Shown here: piece by piece, positions 6,984 through 16,623 of the stretch | Layout of the letters: each line of letters opens with the position of its first letter | How positions within the stretch are numbered: the first letter of the stretch is position 1 | DNA from: Bellilinea caldifistulae | Lineage (GTDB): Bacteria; Chloroflexota; Anaerolineae; Anaerolineales; Anaerolineaceae | Reading direction: 5' to 3' | Assembly: GCF_001306055.1 (NCBI RefSeq) | Contig: NZ_LGHJ01000012.1 | Coordinates: 150,001 to 182,000 of the forward strand | DNA: 32,000 nucleotides | Made by a program: the position numbers and the translations under genes | The notes under the pieces: generated by a model | What the model saw: only the letters and a program-made list of their open reading frames with translations | Told to the model about the DNA's origin: nothing | Database searches by the model: none

Positions 6984-7835
6984 ATGAAAAGCCTCTCTTT
7001 TGGCAGCCGGACGTACATCATGGGCATACTCAATATCACACCGGACAGTTTTTCGGGAGATGGACTGCTCAACCAGACCGACCTGCTTCAGGCAGCGCGC
7101 CGGCAGGCATTGGATTTCATCGCTGCCGGCGCCGATATTCTGGATATTGGGGGAGAAAGCACCCGCCCCGGCGCACAGCCCGTCAGCACGGAGGAGGAAA
7201 TGAGCCGCGTTCTGCCGGTGATTGAGTTGCTGGCAGCCCTTGAAGCGGATGTCATCCTCTCGGTGGATACCTACAAATCCGAAGTGGCCGAGGCAGCCCT
7301 GCGGGCCGGTGCAGACTGGATCAACGATGTGTGGGCTTTGCGCGCCGACCCGTTAATGGCAGAAGTGGCTGCCCGCCATCATGCCACCCTGATTCTCATG
7401 CACAACCGTAGCAAACCCTCCAATGCCCAACTGGAAGAACGGCTGGGCGGACGCTATGTGGGAATTGAGTATCAGAATTTGATTGAAGACATTTGCAATG
7501 AATTGCTGGAAAGCGTTCGGCTGGCTCAGCTTGCCGGTGTTCCCACTGACCGCATCATTCTCGACCCCGGCATCGGCTTCGGTAAGACCGTTGACCAGAA
7601 TCTGGAAATTTTGCGCCGCCTGGATGAATTCAAGAAACTGGGGTTTCCGTTACTCTTGGGAGTTTCGCGAAAATCCTTCATCGGCTACACCCTCAACCTG
7701 CCCCCCGACCAACGTCTGGAAGGAACCCTGGCTGCCTGCGTGATCGGCATTCAACGCGGTGCTGACATTTTACGGGTGCACGATGTGGAAGCCGTTACAC
7801 GCGCCGCCCGCATGACGGACGCAATTTTGCGTTAA
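6984..7835 (+). CDS. folP: Dihydropteroate synthase
   Basis: Motifs are GILNITPDSFSGDG, DIGGESTRPGA, SVDTYK, INDVWA, ILDPGIGFGK and GVSRKSFIG. The SD GGAG sits 7 nt upstream of the ATG. Confidence 0.9.
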   Translation: MKSLSFGSRTYIMGILNITPDSFSGDGLLNQTDLLQAARRQALDFIAAGADILDIGGESTRPGAQPVSTEEEMSRVLPVIELLAALEADVILSVDTYKSEVAEAALRAGADWINDVWALRADPLMAEVAARHHATLILMHNRSKPSNAQLEERLGGRYVGIEYQNLIEDICNELLESVRLAQLAGVPTDRIILDPGIGFGKTVDQNLEILRRLDEFKKLGFPLLLGVSRKSFIGYTLNLPPDQRLEGTLAACVIGIQRGADILRVHDVEAVTRAARMTDAILR

Positions 7836-7840
7836 ACAGT

Positions 7841-7875
7841 CAGTCCGCCCCCTGCGACCGGAGCAAGGGGCGGAC
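7841..7875. terminator. Bidirectional intrinsic terminator between the convergent folP and repeat-protein genes
   Basis: Perfect 10-bp GC-rich stem agtccgcccc (7841-7850) / ggggcggact (7866-7875) with a 15-nt loop. T-rich sequence follows on the plus strand (ttgaacgggttatttttt). Confidence 0.6.
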
Positions 7876-7892
7876 TTTGAACGGGTTATTTT

Positions 7893-8951
7893 TTAGGGAT
7901 AGGTATTGTTCCAGAACCAGTTGTAGGCGTAATACCCCTGCGGGCTATCCATGCGTATGGCAATCCGCTGGCTGCCTTTCAGGCTTTCGGGAATATCGAA
8001 AGTGGCTTCAAAACTGCCGCCGCTGCCGGTTTCCTTCGTACCAACCACCACACCGCCAATCCCCTTGGTGCCGTAGGCACCCATGCGGACGGTAAAGGTT
8101 TGATCGGCCGGGAAGTTTTTGGCGCTGATGGTTACCTTTCCATCCCGCACCACGGCTTTGATGCTGAAGGTGGGTATTCCGCTGTAGCCGGGGGCTGGCG
8201 TCGGGGTCGTGCCGGGCGCGGGGGTGCTGCCGCTGCCGGTGCTGTTGTAGAACCAGTTATAGGCAAAGTAACCGCCGCTGGCTTCCAGACGAATGGCAAT
8301 CCGATCCTTACCCTTCAGGCCATCCGGAATTTTGAAAGTGGCTTCCAGCTTTCCGCCGCTGCCTGAATCAAGGCTACCTACAACCGTGCCGTTGACGCCC
8401 TTGGTGCCGTATTCACCCATCCGCACGGTAAAGGTCTTTCCGGCCGGGAAGTTGTTGGTCTTGACTTTTACTTCGTCATCTTTGGTGACCGATACGATAT
8501 CCACCGTTGGGATGCCGGTGTAGGGCTTGCTTGGCGTGCCGGTGTCTGCGCCGGCCGGGTCGTTGGTGAACCAGTTATAGGCATAATAACCTTGCGGGCT
8601 GTCAATCCGAATGGCGATCAGTTTCAATCCTTTGAGCGAGGCAGGAATGTCGAAGGTCAATTTTTTACTGCCGCCGCTTTCGGAGTTGAAACTGCCAACG
8701 ACTTCTCCGCCGACCCCTTTGGTGCCTATTTTGTTCATGCGCACCGTAAAGGTCTGGTTAGGAGGCAGGTTTTTCATCTGAATGGTAACCGATTGATCCT
8801 TTTTGACTTCTGAGATGTCAAATGTGGGATAACCGGAATAGGCCTGAGCCGTGGTTAAAGGCAGCGCCAATGCCAGAACGCTGATGACCATCAGCGTTAC
8901 GATAAGACGCAGCCCGTTCCAGCCAGATTTTAGGACAATTGAGTTGTTCAT
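7893..8951 (-). CDS. Secreted protein made of three tandem ~93-aa repeats, function unknown
   Basis: Signal peptide-like N-terminus ending TTAQA|YSG. There are three copies of Y(S/T)G(Y/I)PT..I....D..V.I....(L/F)P....FTVRM...GTKG..G.VVG......GG.....F.IP..LKG...IAIR......GY(Y/F)AYNWF.N, joined by short Pro/Gly/Thr linkers. The SD GGAGGG lies upstream. Confidence 0.8.
   Translation of the reverse strand: MNNSIVLKSGWNGLRLIVTLMVISVLALALPLTTAQAYSGYPTFDISEVKKDQSVTIQMKNLPPNQTFTVRMNKIGTKGVGGEVVGSFNSESGGSKKLTFDIPASLKGLKLIAIRIDSPQGYYAYNWFTNDPAGADTGTPSKPYTGIPTVDIVSVTKDDEVKVKTNNFPAGKTFTVRMGEYGTKGVNGTVVGSLDSGSGGKLEATFKIPDGLKGKDRIAIRLEASGGYFAYNWFYNSTGSGSTPAPGTTPTPAPGYSGIPTFSIKAVVRDGKVTISAKNFPADQTFTVRMGAYGTKGIGGVVVGTKETGSGGSFEATFDIPESLKGSQRIAIRMDSPQGYYAYNWFWNNTYP
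7905..8840 (-). repeat. Three tandem coding repeats of ~279 nt each (approx. 8562-8840, 8244-8522, 7905-8186)
   Basis: Protein-level repeats span aa 38-130, 144-236 and 256-349 of the 352-aa product. Conserved blocks are FTVRM, GTKG, IAIR and AYNWF. Confidence 0.8.
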
Positions 8952-9110
8952 GGTTCGATCCCTCCTGGATCAAGAAAAAAAATTTACAAAATCAGTATAG
9001 CAAAAGGCGCTACACGAAACAATAGGTTAAAAATAAAGACGATGAACGCCCCAAAAAGTTCCTGTATTGGGTAAGTTCCTGAGAAAAATGCTCAAATTTG
9101 AGAAAAAGCG

Positions 9111-10274
9111 CTACGATTCGCCCTTGAACACCACCGCCAGCGCTCCCAAATTTGCCGCAACGGGCAAAGCATCTTCACTCCCCCGCCAAATCTGTCCCAA
9201 AGTCGCCACGCTAAAACACGGTATTTCGCCGGCTTCTTCTTGAACGACCTCCAATAATTTCGCCGGTCTGGTGCGGAACAACTCAAACCAACCCACATCC
9301 AGGAAAAGCATTGCCACGCCCGCCGCTCCCTCACCTGCCAGCTGGTTGGCAGTCTGAATCGCGGTTCGAACGGCTTGCAGAGCAGCAGTTGGATCCGTCG
9401 TCATCAACCGTAAGATACTGCCTTCGGGTATGGCTACATTCATCCGCAGAGAGCCATCCTCTGCGACGGTCAACGGCGCAGCCAGAACCGTTTCGGATTG
9501 TCCTGCTTCCCGATAAGCCAGCGGAAAAAGGCGCAGCAGATCTTGTAACGGCGGTTTTGTCCACTCAGCCGGGGTGTGACCCAGAACCGTGCAAAGTTGG
9601 TCGGCTGCTGGTTGACCGTCCAGTTGAATCAGGCGGTTTTCACGGCTGGCAGTTGCCCGAAAATACACCCCGCTATCCTTCCAACCCTGTGCAGCAGCCA
9701 TCCCCGCGCGAATGCCGGCTCCTAACCATAACGCTGAAAGTCCACCCTCGGCACAAAAGGTTTCCCCCAACAAAAAATTTTTTCCGCGCGGGAAACCAGC
9801 TCCTGAAAGAAAACCTCCCACCCCCAACGGCACCTGTTCAAAATAAGGAAGTAGCGTGCTGATCTCCCCATTTAACCCGTCAGCCGCCAGCAGCACCGAA
9901 TGCCAGTGGCGGTTAATTCTGGCATGCTCCAATCGCCCACTCAATTCCAGCGCACTGCCAAGCGGATCTATCGAATAATGTCCGATCCAGGTGGTATCCA
10001 GCGCAAAATTTCCACCCAAAATCACCACCACCATTTTCTGGGGGGCAGAAGCGGCGTAGATCGTCGAGGTAGTACCACCCCACAGGGGAATATCTCCCAG
10101 CAGAGCGTTCAAAACCGGCCTGATTTCCGCCGGATCAAAAAGATGCGAAAAGAAGACCAGCGCCGCTTTGGGGCTGGCAGAACGCAGTCCCTTCAAAGCT
10201 TGTTGAGCGGCCTGCTGAGCGGCTTCGCGTCCGTTGATTTCATTGCTGTACCCCACTGCACTGACCAGACTCAT
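9111..10274 (-). CDS. FIST domain protein (FIST_N + FIST_C sensory module)
   Basis: The N-terminus shows a typical FIST pattern (AVGYSNEINGREAAQQAAQQAL...PKAALVFFSHLFDPAEI...LGDIPLWGGTTS). Length is 387 aa. The SD GGGAGG lies in the 27-nt gap after the upstream kinase gene. Confidence 0.75.
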   Translation of the reverse strand: MSLVSAVGYSNEINGREAAQQAAQQALKGLRSASPKAALVFFSHLFDPAEIRPVLNALLGDIPLWGGTTSTIYAASAPQKMVVVILGGNFALDTTWIGHYSIDPLGSALELSGRLEHARINRHWHSVLLAADGLNGEISTLLPYFEQVPLGVGGFLSGAGFPRGKNFLLGETFCAEGGLSALWLGAGIRAGMAAAQGWKDSGVYFRATASRENRLIQLDGQPAADQLCTVLGHTPAEWTKPPLQDLLRLFPLAYREAGQSETVLAAPLTVAEDGSLRMNVAIPEGSILRLMTTDPTAALQAVRTAIQTANQLAGEGAAGVAMLFLDVGWFELFRTRPAKLLEVVQEEAGEIPCFSVATLGQIWRGSEDALPVAANLGALAVVFKGES

Positions 10275-10301
10275 GCCTGCCTCCCTTCCGCGCGGATTGG
10301 C

Positions 10302-13300
10302 TTACTGCTCGGCTACGGGTATGGTGAAGTGGAAGGTTGTACCGCGGCGGTACTCGCTTTCAAACCAGATTTGCCCGCCCTGCATTTCCACCAGACTGCG
10401 GGTAATGTTTAAACCCAAGCCGCTCCCCGGCACTTCCCGCGCTTTTGGATCTTCGGAACGGAAGAACTTCTGAAAAATCTTGGGTTGATCCTCCGGGGCG
10501 ATTCCCAGCCCGGTATCCTGAACCCACACATGCACCACTTCCGCCGGCCCGTTTTCGTCCCATTCATTTTTGGTGCGTAACGCCCCTACGGTAATTTTTC
10601 CACCGGCTTCGGTGTATTTGTGCGCATTACTGACCAGATTGACCAGCACCTGCACCAGACGGGTACGGTCTGCCCACACCGGCGGCAAATCGGCGGGCAG
10701 GTTGATGGTAAGGGTCTGTTGCTTTTCTTCGATCTGCCGGCGGGTAGAACGCTCAACTTCCTGCAAGGCTTCGGAAAGGTGAATGGGCGCAAACTCCAAG
10801 CGCAACCGCCCGGCTTCAATCTTGGACAAATCATTCAAGTCCGAAACCAGAGTGTTCATGCGGTCAATGTTGGAGCGGATGACCGTCAGGAAATTAGCCT
10901 GAGCGTCGTTGACCGGCCCAACCGCTTTAGCAGCCAGCAGTTCGGTGTACCCCTTAATCGAGGTCATCGGGTTTTTGAGTTCGTGGGCAACAAACGACAC
11001 AAACTCGCTCTTAGCCACATTGGCGGATTGTACGGCGCTGTACAACTGGGCGTTTGCAATCGCAATGGCGGCATGATCACCAAGGCGTTGCAAGAATTCG
11101 AGCATATCCTCATCGCAGACTTCGGGCTTGCGGCTTTCCAGCAGCAGTAAACCGATCACACTCTGCTCCCGCTGGATCGGTATCAAGACTTGACTGGCTG
11201 CGCTGGTAAACAACCCCGGCAGATCCTCAGCCGGGTAGGACCGAATGGCGCGGCGCAGGTCAATCATCCGCCCCAGTCCAATCCGATCCCCCGGGATCAA
11301 ATCATTTTCAAAAATGCTCAATTCGTCCGCATATCCCTGGGAAGCAACCACACGCACCCCTTCCGGCAACACCACCCCCACCAGTCCCGCATCCGCCCCG
11401 GATTGACGCATCGCCCATTCCAGCGTAATCGTCATGGCGCGGCTGACATCCAGACTGGTGTTCAATTCGCGGTCAATCCGCTGCAAAACGGAGAGTTCCT
11501 CAACTTTGGCAGCCAGCGCCTGATCAGTCAGGGTGTAAAGCCGGGCATTTTCAATCGCCACCGCTGCCTGCGAGGCAAAAGCGGTCAACAGTTCCTGATC
11601 ATCCAGGTTGAAGTTGGAGCCGTCCTTACGGTTGACCACCTCAATCACCCCCAGCACCGTATCTTTGACGATCAGGGGTACAACCAGCAGCGAGCGGGTC
11701 ACAAAGCCGGTCATCTTATCCGGCTTGGAGAACCAGTCTTTGGAAGAACGCACATCATTGACAATCAGCGGCTGGCGGGTCTGGAAAGAGCGCCCGACCA
11801 CCCCTTTATCAGCGGGCATGCGCTGACCTTCCAACTCATGGGCTACCGGCCCCAGCACCACCCTGAAGACCAACTCCTCAGTATGCTCATCCAGCATCAA
11901 TAAACTGCCCGCCTCACAATTCAAAATATCTACCGCACTTTGCAGAATATTCTTCAACAGGCGCTCCGGGTCGAGTGTAGAAGTCAACTGGCGGGTAACC
12001 TCGTTGAGAGTCTTCAACTGACGGGCGCGCCGCTCACTTTCAGCCAGCAGGCGCACCTTGAAAATGCCGCCAGCCGCCTGATCAGCCAGCGCTTGCAGGA
12101 TGCGCAACTGCTCGGTAGTGAACCGCTGGGCGGGGTCGCGCCGTCCCAAGCAGATGATCCCAATCGGCTCAGCGCCGGCGTTCAGCGGGGCGGCCATCCA
12201 CGCGTAGATGGCGTCGGTCAAAGGCAGCAAGCCGCGCTGGCGTGATTCGCGGCTGTAATCATCGGTCATGCTGCCGCGTCCACTGGCAGCAACTTCACTT
12301 TCGAGGCTCGGTTCAACCGGCAAATACAAATTTTCCTGTTCGCTGACCCGCTCTTCCCCATCAATGAAGAAAACCTGTACCAGTCCATCCCCCTGGGGAG
12401 ATTTGAGAATCAGGCGGAATTGATCGGCGGGAATTAACTGGGTAATTTGAGCATAAATCAGCTCAAAAATATCATCCAGATTGAGGGTGACATTGACCCC
12501 TTGCGCAACGCGGGTGAGAATATTCATCTCGCGCACGCTGTTTTCCATTTCGCTGACCATCTGGGCGCGATCCAGCGCCAGCGCAGCCTCACGGCACAAT
12601 CTGCCGACGGCTTCCAGAACTGGCGGGGTGAATCCTGCGCCCGTTTGTCCATCCAGCGCCAGCCAACCCAACAGGCGCTGGTTACCGGGTAAGGGGAAAA
12701 ACCAGCGCGCATTCAGCAGGCTCAAGCGGGTTCGTTCGCCGCGCAATTCATCCATCAGTACCGCATCGGCTTCATTCAAACTTAAGAAACCCTTGATTTT
12801 GGTAAGGTGCTCAACCAGCGGACTGTTGGATTGAAAAACCAGATCACTGGTTTTCTTGCCGTTTTGGTCTTCAGCCGCCTGATACGAATCACTCACCAGA
12901 TCGTATAAAAACAAGTGGGCTTTTTCAACCCCCAATTTCTCCAACAACTCCCTGCGCAGACGGAGAATGATCTCGCGCCGGTCGAGTGTATCCAACAGAC
13001 TGACCGCTTCGGTCATTTCAACCCGCCGCGGTGATTGTTGCAATGAGACACCTCTCAAGGAAGAGAACAGTCCTTCCAAACGATTGCGCAGCGGGAAGAA
13101 AGCCAGCGCCATGATAAAAAACAGCAGCGCACTCAACCACGGTGAATTCCAGCCAAGGGCTTGTTGAAACACCAGCGAAAGGCCGCTCACCAGCAAGGCA
13201 TAGCCGCCCGCCAGCAGCAAACCGGTCATTACCAGCGGGGTATAGCGGTTGATCTGGCCCGCCCGGCGAGATTCGAGCGTGCGTCCGTTGAACAAAGAGG

Positions 13301-13337
13301 ATTTTGGAGTTGAATTACCCGGGGATTGACTCATCAT
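10302..13337 (-). CDS. Membrane-anchored sensor histidine kinase with about four GAF-like modules
   Basis: N-terminal TM helices are present. The H-box is SEFVSFVAHELKNPMTSIKGYTELL, the N-box is LVNLVSNAHKYT, and the G-boxes are VQDTGLGIAPED and GSGLGLNITRSLV. Repeated GAF-like segments precede them (e.g. LNEVTRQLTSTLDPERLLKNILQSAVDILNCEAGSLLMLD). Confidence 0.9.
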   Translation of the reverse strand: MMSQSPGNSTPKSSLFNGRTLESRRAGQINRYTPLVMTGLLLAGGYALLVSGLSLVFQQALGWNSPWLSALLFFIMALAFFPLRNRLEGLFSSLRGVSLQQSPRRVEMTEAVSLLDTLDRREIILRLRRELLEKLGVEKAHLFLYDLVSDSYQAAEDQNGKKTSDLVFQSNSPLVEHLTKIKGFLSLNEADAVLMDELRGERTRLSLLNARWFFPLPGNQRLLGWLALDGQTGAGFTPPVLEAVGRLCREAALALDRAQMVSEMENSVREMNILTRVAQGVNVTLNLDDIFELIYAQITQLIPADQFRLILKSPQGDGLVQVFFIDGEERVSEQENLYLPVEPSLESEVAASGRGSMTDDYSRESRQRGLLPLTDAIYAWMAAPLNAGAEPIGIICLGRRDPAQRFTTEQLRILQALADQAAGGIFKVRLLAESERRARQLKTLNEVTRQLTSTLDPERLLKNILQSAVDILNCEAGSLLMLDEHTEELVFRVVLGPVAHELEGQRMPADKGVVGRSFQTRQPLIVNDVRSSKDWFSKPDKMTGFVTRSLLVVPLIVKDTVLGVIEVVNRKDGSNFNLDDQELLTAFASQAAVAIENARLYTLTDQALAAKVEELSVLQRIDRELNTSLDVSRAMTITLEWAMRQSGADAGLVGVVLPEGVRVVASQGYADELSIFENDLIPGDRIGLGRMIDLRRAIRSYPAEDLPGLFTSAASQVLIPIQREQSVIGLLLLESRKPEVCDEDMLEFLQRLGDHAAIAIANAQLYSAVQSANVAKSEFVSFVAHELKNPMTSIKGYTELLAAKAVGPVNDAQANFLTVIRSNIDRMNTLVSDLNDLSKIEAGRLRLEFAPIHLSEALQEVERSTRRQIEEKQQTLTINLPADLPPVWADRTRLVQVLVNLVSNAHKYTEAGGKITVGALRTKNEWDENGPAEVVHVWVQDTGLGIAPEDQPKIFQKFFRSEDPKAREVPGSGLGLNITRSLVEMQGGQIWFESEYRRGTTFHFTIPVAEQ

Positions 13338-13370
13338 GAAAATTGATTTTTATGGCAATGAAAATGGGGA

Positions 13371-13886
13371 TCAGGAGGATTTCTTTCGTTTGCGGATACT
13401 GCCGGCATTCAGTTCGAGCGGCACCTGCTGTCGGCTGAGCATTTTCAACAACACTCTTACCCGTTCGCTGCCCGGAAGTTTGACATCGAAGATGGCTTCA
13501 TAGCCGCTGAAAGGTCCGTGCTCGATGATCACCTCATCACCCGCCTGCAATCCTTCCAGCCTTTCCCCGCCCGCCAGATTGATTTCCTGTACCCGCCGCC
13601 GGATAGCATGAATCAGGCTTTCCGGCACGGCTGCCGGTTCACCCCCAAAGGATACCAGCCCTTTGGCGTGCGGCATCCATTGAAAAGTGGAGACGCCAGC
13701 CGCTTCCAGATCCACATAGACGAAGAGATAGCCGGGAAAATAGGGGCGCACTTTGCGGGCACGCGGGTTAACCGGGTTGACTTTCAGACGCGGATAAAAT
13801 ACTTCAAAACCGCTTTCTTGCAGGTGACTGGCAAGAACGGATTCTTTATGCGGGTGGCTTTGCAGGGCATACCAGTTGGCGGACAT
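13371..13886 (-). CDS. Specialised NusG paralog (RfaH/LoaP-like transcription antiterminator)
   Basis: NGN domain: WYALQSHPHKESVLASHLQESGFEVFYPRL...RPYFPGYLFVYVD...KGLVSFGGEPAAVPESLI. KOW motif: GDEVIIEHGPFSGYEAIFD. At 171 aa it is co-linear with E. coli RfaH. Confidence 0.8.
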   Translation of the reverse strand: MSANWYALQSHPHKESVLASHLQESGFEVFYPRLKVNPVNPRARKVRPYFPGYLFVYVDLEAAGVSTFQWMPHAKGLVSFGGEPAAVPESLIHAIRRRVQEINLAGGERLEGLQAGDEVIIEHGPFSGYEAIFDVKLPGSERVRVLLKMLSRQQVPLELNAGSIRKRKKSS

Positions 13887-13967
13887 GAGACATCTTCTCT
13901 GTTTAGATATTATACCTGTTTCGCCTGCACCGGTTTATTTCCACGACCGGCTTTCAATTTTATTAGT

Positions 13968-16532
13968 TTAACCAGCCCCGGAAGAGCCGCCCCCGCTGCC
14001 GCCCCCGCCACCGCCGCCATCGCCGGAGCCCATGGAAGAGGTGGTAATCACCCCCGTCAGCACAGCGCTGTCAACGGCTGACCCATCCAAAGCGGTAGCC
14101 CACGAAAGAAGCGTACTTAACCCTTGATTGCGAAAGGCTTTCACCCAGGCATCACCCAACCCAAAGGCAACCGCATACGGCAAAAACTCTTCCAGCCATT
14201 CCTGACGCAGCAAACTGCTGTTTTCCGGCTTCATCAGTTGGCGCAAGTAGCCGCGGAAGGATTCCCAGCGTTGAAAGCGCTGCATTCCGCCGAGCATAAA
14301 AATGGAGAGTTTTTCAGCCGTTATCCAGAAAGAGAACGCGCCGATCATTGACCCCAATCCCACGCCCATCAACACCACTCCCACAAAAGGAGAAACAAAA
14401 TTTGTTAAGATGAAGAATAAGCCAGCCATTCCGACCACAAAGGCAAAAATAAAGAGAAACGTCGCCACAGCGTTCAAACGACGGCGTGCCTCAACCGCCT
14501 CTGGCCGAACCAAACCCTGGTTAACCAACTCATTGGTCAAAATCCGAGTAAATTGAGTTGTCTTGGAACTCAAAACCTGCCCTACCTTACTGAGGAATAT
14601 CTCCTTCTTGGATGAAAGCGCATCTGGCGGGAAGATCAACCGCTGAAGCAGGATTTCATGATCGCTGCCGCTGAGCGGTTGCAGCAAAGACAATCGAAAA
14701 TCCCGCGCTTTGAAAACCCCCTTACCTTCCACCAATTCCATCTTGACCCACGAACGCCGCGCCCACTCCAACAAGAGCGCGAACAAATCAAATAACCCAA
14801 CTCGGCCGTTGTAGAGCATGAAACCGGCAGCAGCAGGAGTCAGGTCATCCGGCGGCTCGGTGATCGTACCGGGCGGAATGACGGCGCTGGGGTCAAATGC
14901 GTAGCGGCGGCGGATACGGCCGGCAGCCAGCATACAGGCGCCGACAATCCCAATGGCAAGCCCCATTGCGTAAGGTATCCCTGCCCGCAACTGGCGGCCG
15001 CGCTCCAATTGAAGCGCCTGCCATTGCGGAGGCTGCTGAATCAGACTGCCGGGCGGAAAATACGCTTCAATGACCACATCTTCATCTGCCGCAATCTCGC
15101 TGACGCGAAAAAGAAAGGCGGATCCCTCATCCAAAGGCTCAATCTTCTCTCCGCGCAGAATAATCGGTTGAACCGGCCTGACTCCCGCCGGCAAGACCAA
15201 CCGGATTTGGCTCTTCCCAATGGCGTACTCATGTTCGGGCGGAATGGCTACCCACGCTAACCCATCTCCCTGATTGGTCTGCCGAACCGCCCCACTGACG
15301 CGGTAGGTTAACTCAAAGGTATGGCGGGCATCGCTGGTCGGCGTAAAATGCCAGACAACCTTCAACGCCTCGCTGTCCTGGCTGACTTCCACCTGACCCG
15401 CCTGACTGCCCGGCGCTAAAAGAAGGCCATCCATCCGCGCCGATACAAACTCTAACCGATCCAACTCGTTTTTGGAAATTTCCCGAAACGCAAAGGTGAA
15501 AGGCCCGCCTTCGAAATTAAACAAAACAGTTTCGGTTACCAGCAACTCGCCGTTGGGCTGCAAATTGATTTCCACGTCGAAGCGTTCGGCAGAATACGAT
15601 TTTGCTACCACCGGTTGAACCAACCCGCTCAGTAAAACAATCATCCCGATCAGACTGGCCAGTATCTGAACCCGACGAGTCAGACGCAAGCCGTTCATGA
15701 TCAGTAGGTAAACCACCGCCATGACCATAAAAACCGCCAGTCCCGCTGCCGGATCGTAAGTCTGAATGCGAAAAAGCGCCGGTGAGGGAATTGCCGAACT
15801 GGGGAAAGTCACCATCAATGCAGCGTATAAATTATTTGCGGCGTGCAGTCCCAGCGCCAGTTCCAACCCCTCACTCCGCAGGGTAACCCAGCTCAACAGC
15901 AGACCAATCCCAAGGTAAAAAGGCATCGTGAACCACAACCCGTATGTACCCACTTCCGGATTGGCACCGTGTAGCAGCATGAACAAGAGCGAAGGCACCA
16001 GCAGCGGCAGCCACAACCCCTTGCTGTACCGACCCAGCCACTGGGTCAGATATCCGCGAAAAATCAGTTCTTCGGTAGAGGTTTGTAAGGGTATGAGCAA
16101 AACGGACAGGATGAAATACGGAACGAATTCCAGCGGGTTAAAATTCCACACATAATTGCCCGGCTGCAATTGAGCCAGCACAAGATCTGCCAAAGCCGAA
16201 ATGCCGAACCACACCAGCCCGGAAAGGAACATCCTCCGCCACTGAAAAGACCCCACCGGCCGAAAGAGGGTTTTCAACGGACGTTGATGGAAAAATGCCA
16301 CCCCCGCCAGCACAGTCAAACCGGCAAACGGGAACGGAATCATCGTCAAAATCAACAGCGAAAGTGGCGAGAATTGAAAAATATCGGTGGTGCCTTCGAT
16401 CAGAAAAAATGGGATGGTAGCCGCAATTTGTACCACAAAAGTCACCACGATCACGGCCAGAATCACCACCCCATAACGCCAGAATTCGTTACGTCCTTGC
16501 TGGGCGGCTTGTAAATAGGCGTTCATGTCCAT
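13968..16532 (-). CDS. Fusion protein: CPBP (CAAX/Abi) intramembrane glutamic protease followed by a DUF2207-type membrane protein with a Gly-rich tail
   Basis: CPBP motifs are TEELIFRGYL (EExxxR), LLFMLLHG (FxxxH) and GLHAANNLY (HxxxN). The DUF2207-like ectodomain start is YSAERFDVEINLQPNGELLVTETVLFNFEGGPFTFAFREI. Later TM helices and the C-terminal GSGDGGGGGGGSGGGSSGAG follow. Confidence 0.75.
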   Translation of the reverse strand: MDMNAYLQAAQQGRNEFWRYGVVILAVIVVTFVVQIAATIPFFLIEGTTDIFQFSPLSLLILTMIPFPFAGLTVLAGVAFFHQRPLKTLFRPVGSFQWRRMFLSGLVWFGISALADLVLAQLQPGNYVWNFNPLEFVPYFILSVLLIPLQTSTEELIFRGYLTQWLGRYSKGLWLPLLVPSLLFMLLHGANPEVGTYGLWFTMPFYLGIGLLLSWVTLRSEGLELALGLHAANNLYAALMVTFPSSAIPSPALFRIQTYDPAAGLAVFMVMAVVYLLIMNGLRLTRRVQILASLIGMIVLLSGLVQPVVAKSYSAERFDVEINLQPNGELLVTETVLFNFEGGPFTFAFREISKNELDRLEFVSARMDGLLLAPGSQAGQVEVSQDSEALKVVWHFTPTSDARHTFELTYRVSGAVRQTNQGDGLAWVAIPPEHEYAIGKSQIRLVLPAGVRPVQPIILRGEKIEPLDEGSAFLFRVSEIAADEDVVIEAYFPPGSLIQQPPQWQALQLERGRQLRAGIPYAMGLAIGIVGACMLAAGRIRRRYAFDPSAVIPPGTITEPPDDLTPAAAGFMLYNGRVGLFDLFALLLEWARRSWVKMELVEGKGVFKARDFRLSLLQPLSGSDHEILLQRLIFPPDALSSKKEIFLSKVGQVLSSKTTQFTRILTNELVNQGLVRPEAVEARRRLNAVATFLFIFAFVVGMAGLFFILTNFVSPFVGVVLMGVGLGSMIGAFSFWITAEKLSIFMLGGMQRFQRWESFRGYLRQLMKPENSSLLRQEWLEEFLPYAVAFGLGDAWVKAFRNQGLSTLLSWATALDGSAVDSAVLTGVITTSSMGSGDGGGGGGGSGGGSSGAG

Positions 16533-16623
16533 TTACCTCGTTTCTAAGTACCCCGTTGACAATCTGCAAATGACTTCTGAACACCCCCAATTATCCGCCA
16601 ATTTGGATGATTAAACCAGATGG

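Noticed and set aside
11190-11903. 237-aa plus-strand ORF inside the histidine kinase gene
   Set aside because: It is antisense to a clearly motif-bearing CDS and has no recognisable motif or RBS.
13518-14081. 187-aa plus-strand ORF spanning the NusG-paralog/DUF2207 junction
   Set aside because: It is antisense to two motif-supported genes and crosses their intergenic gap. Its translation is low-complexity.
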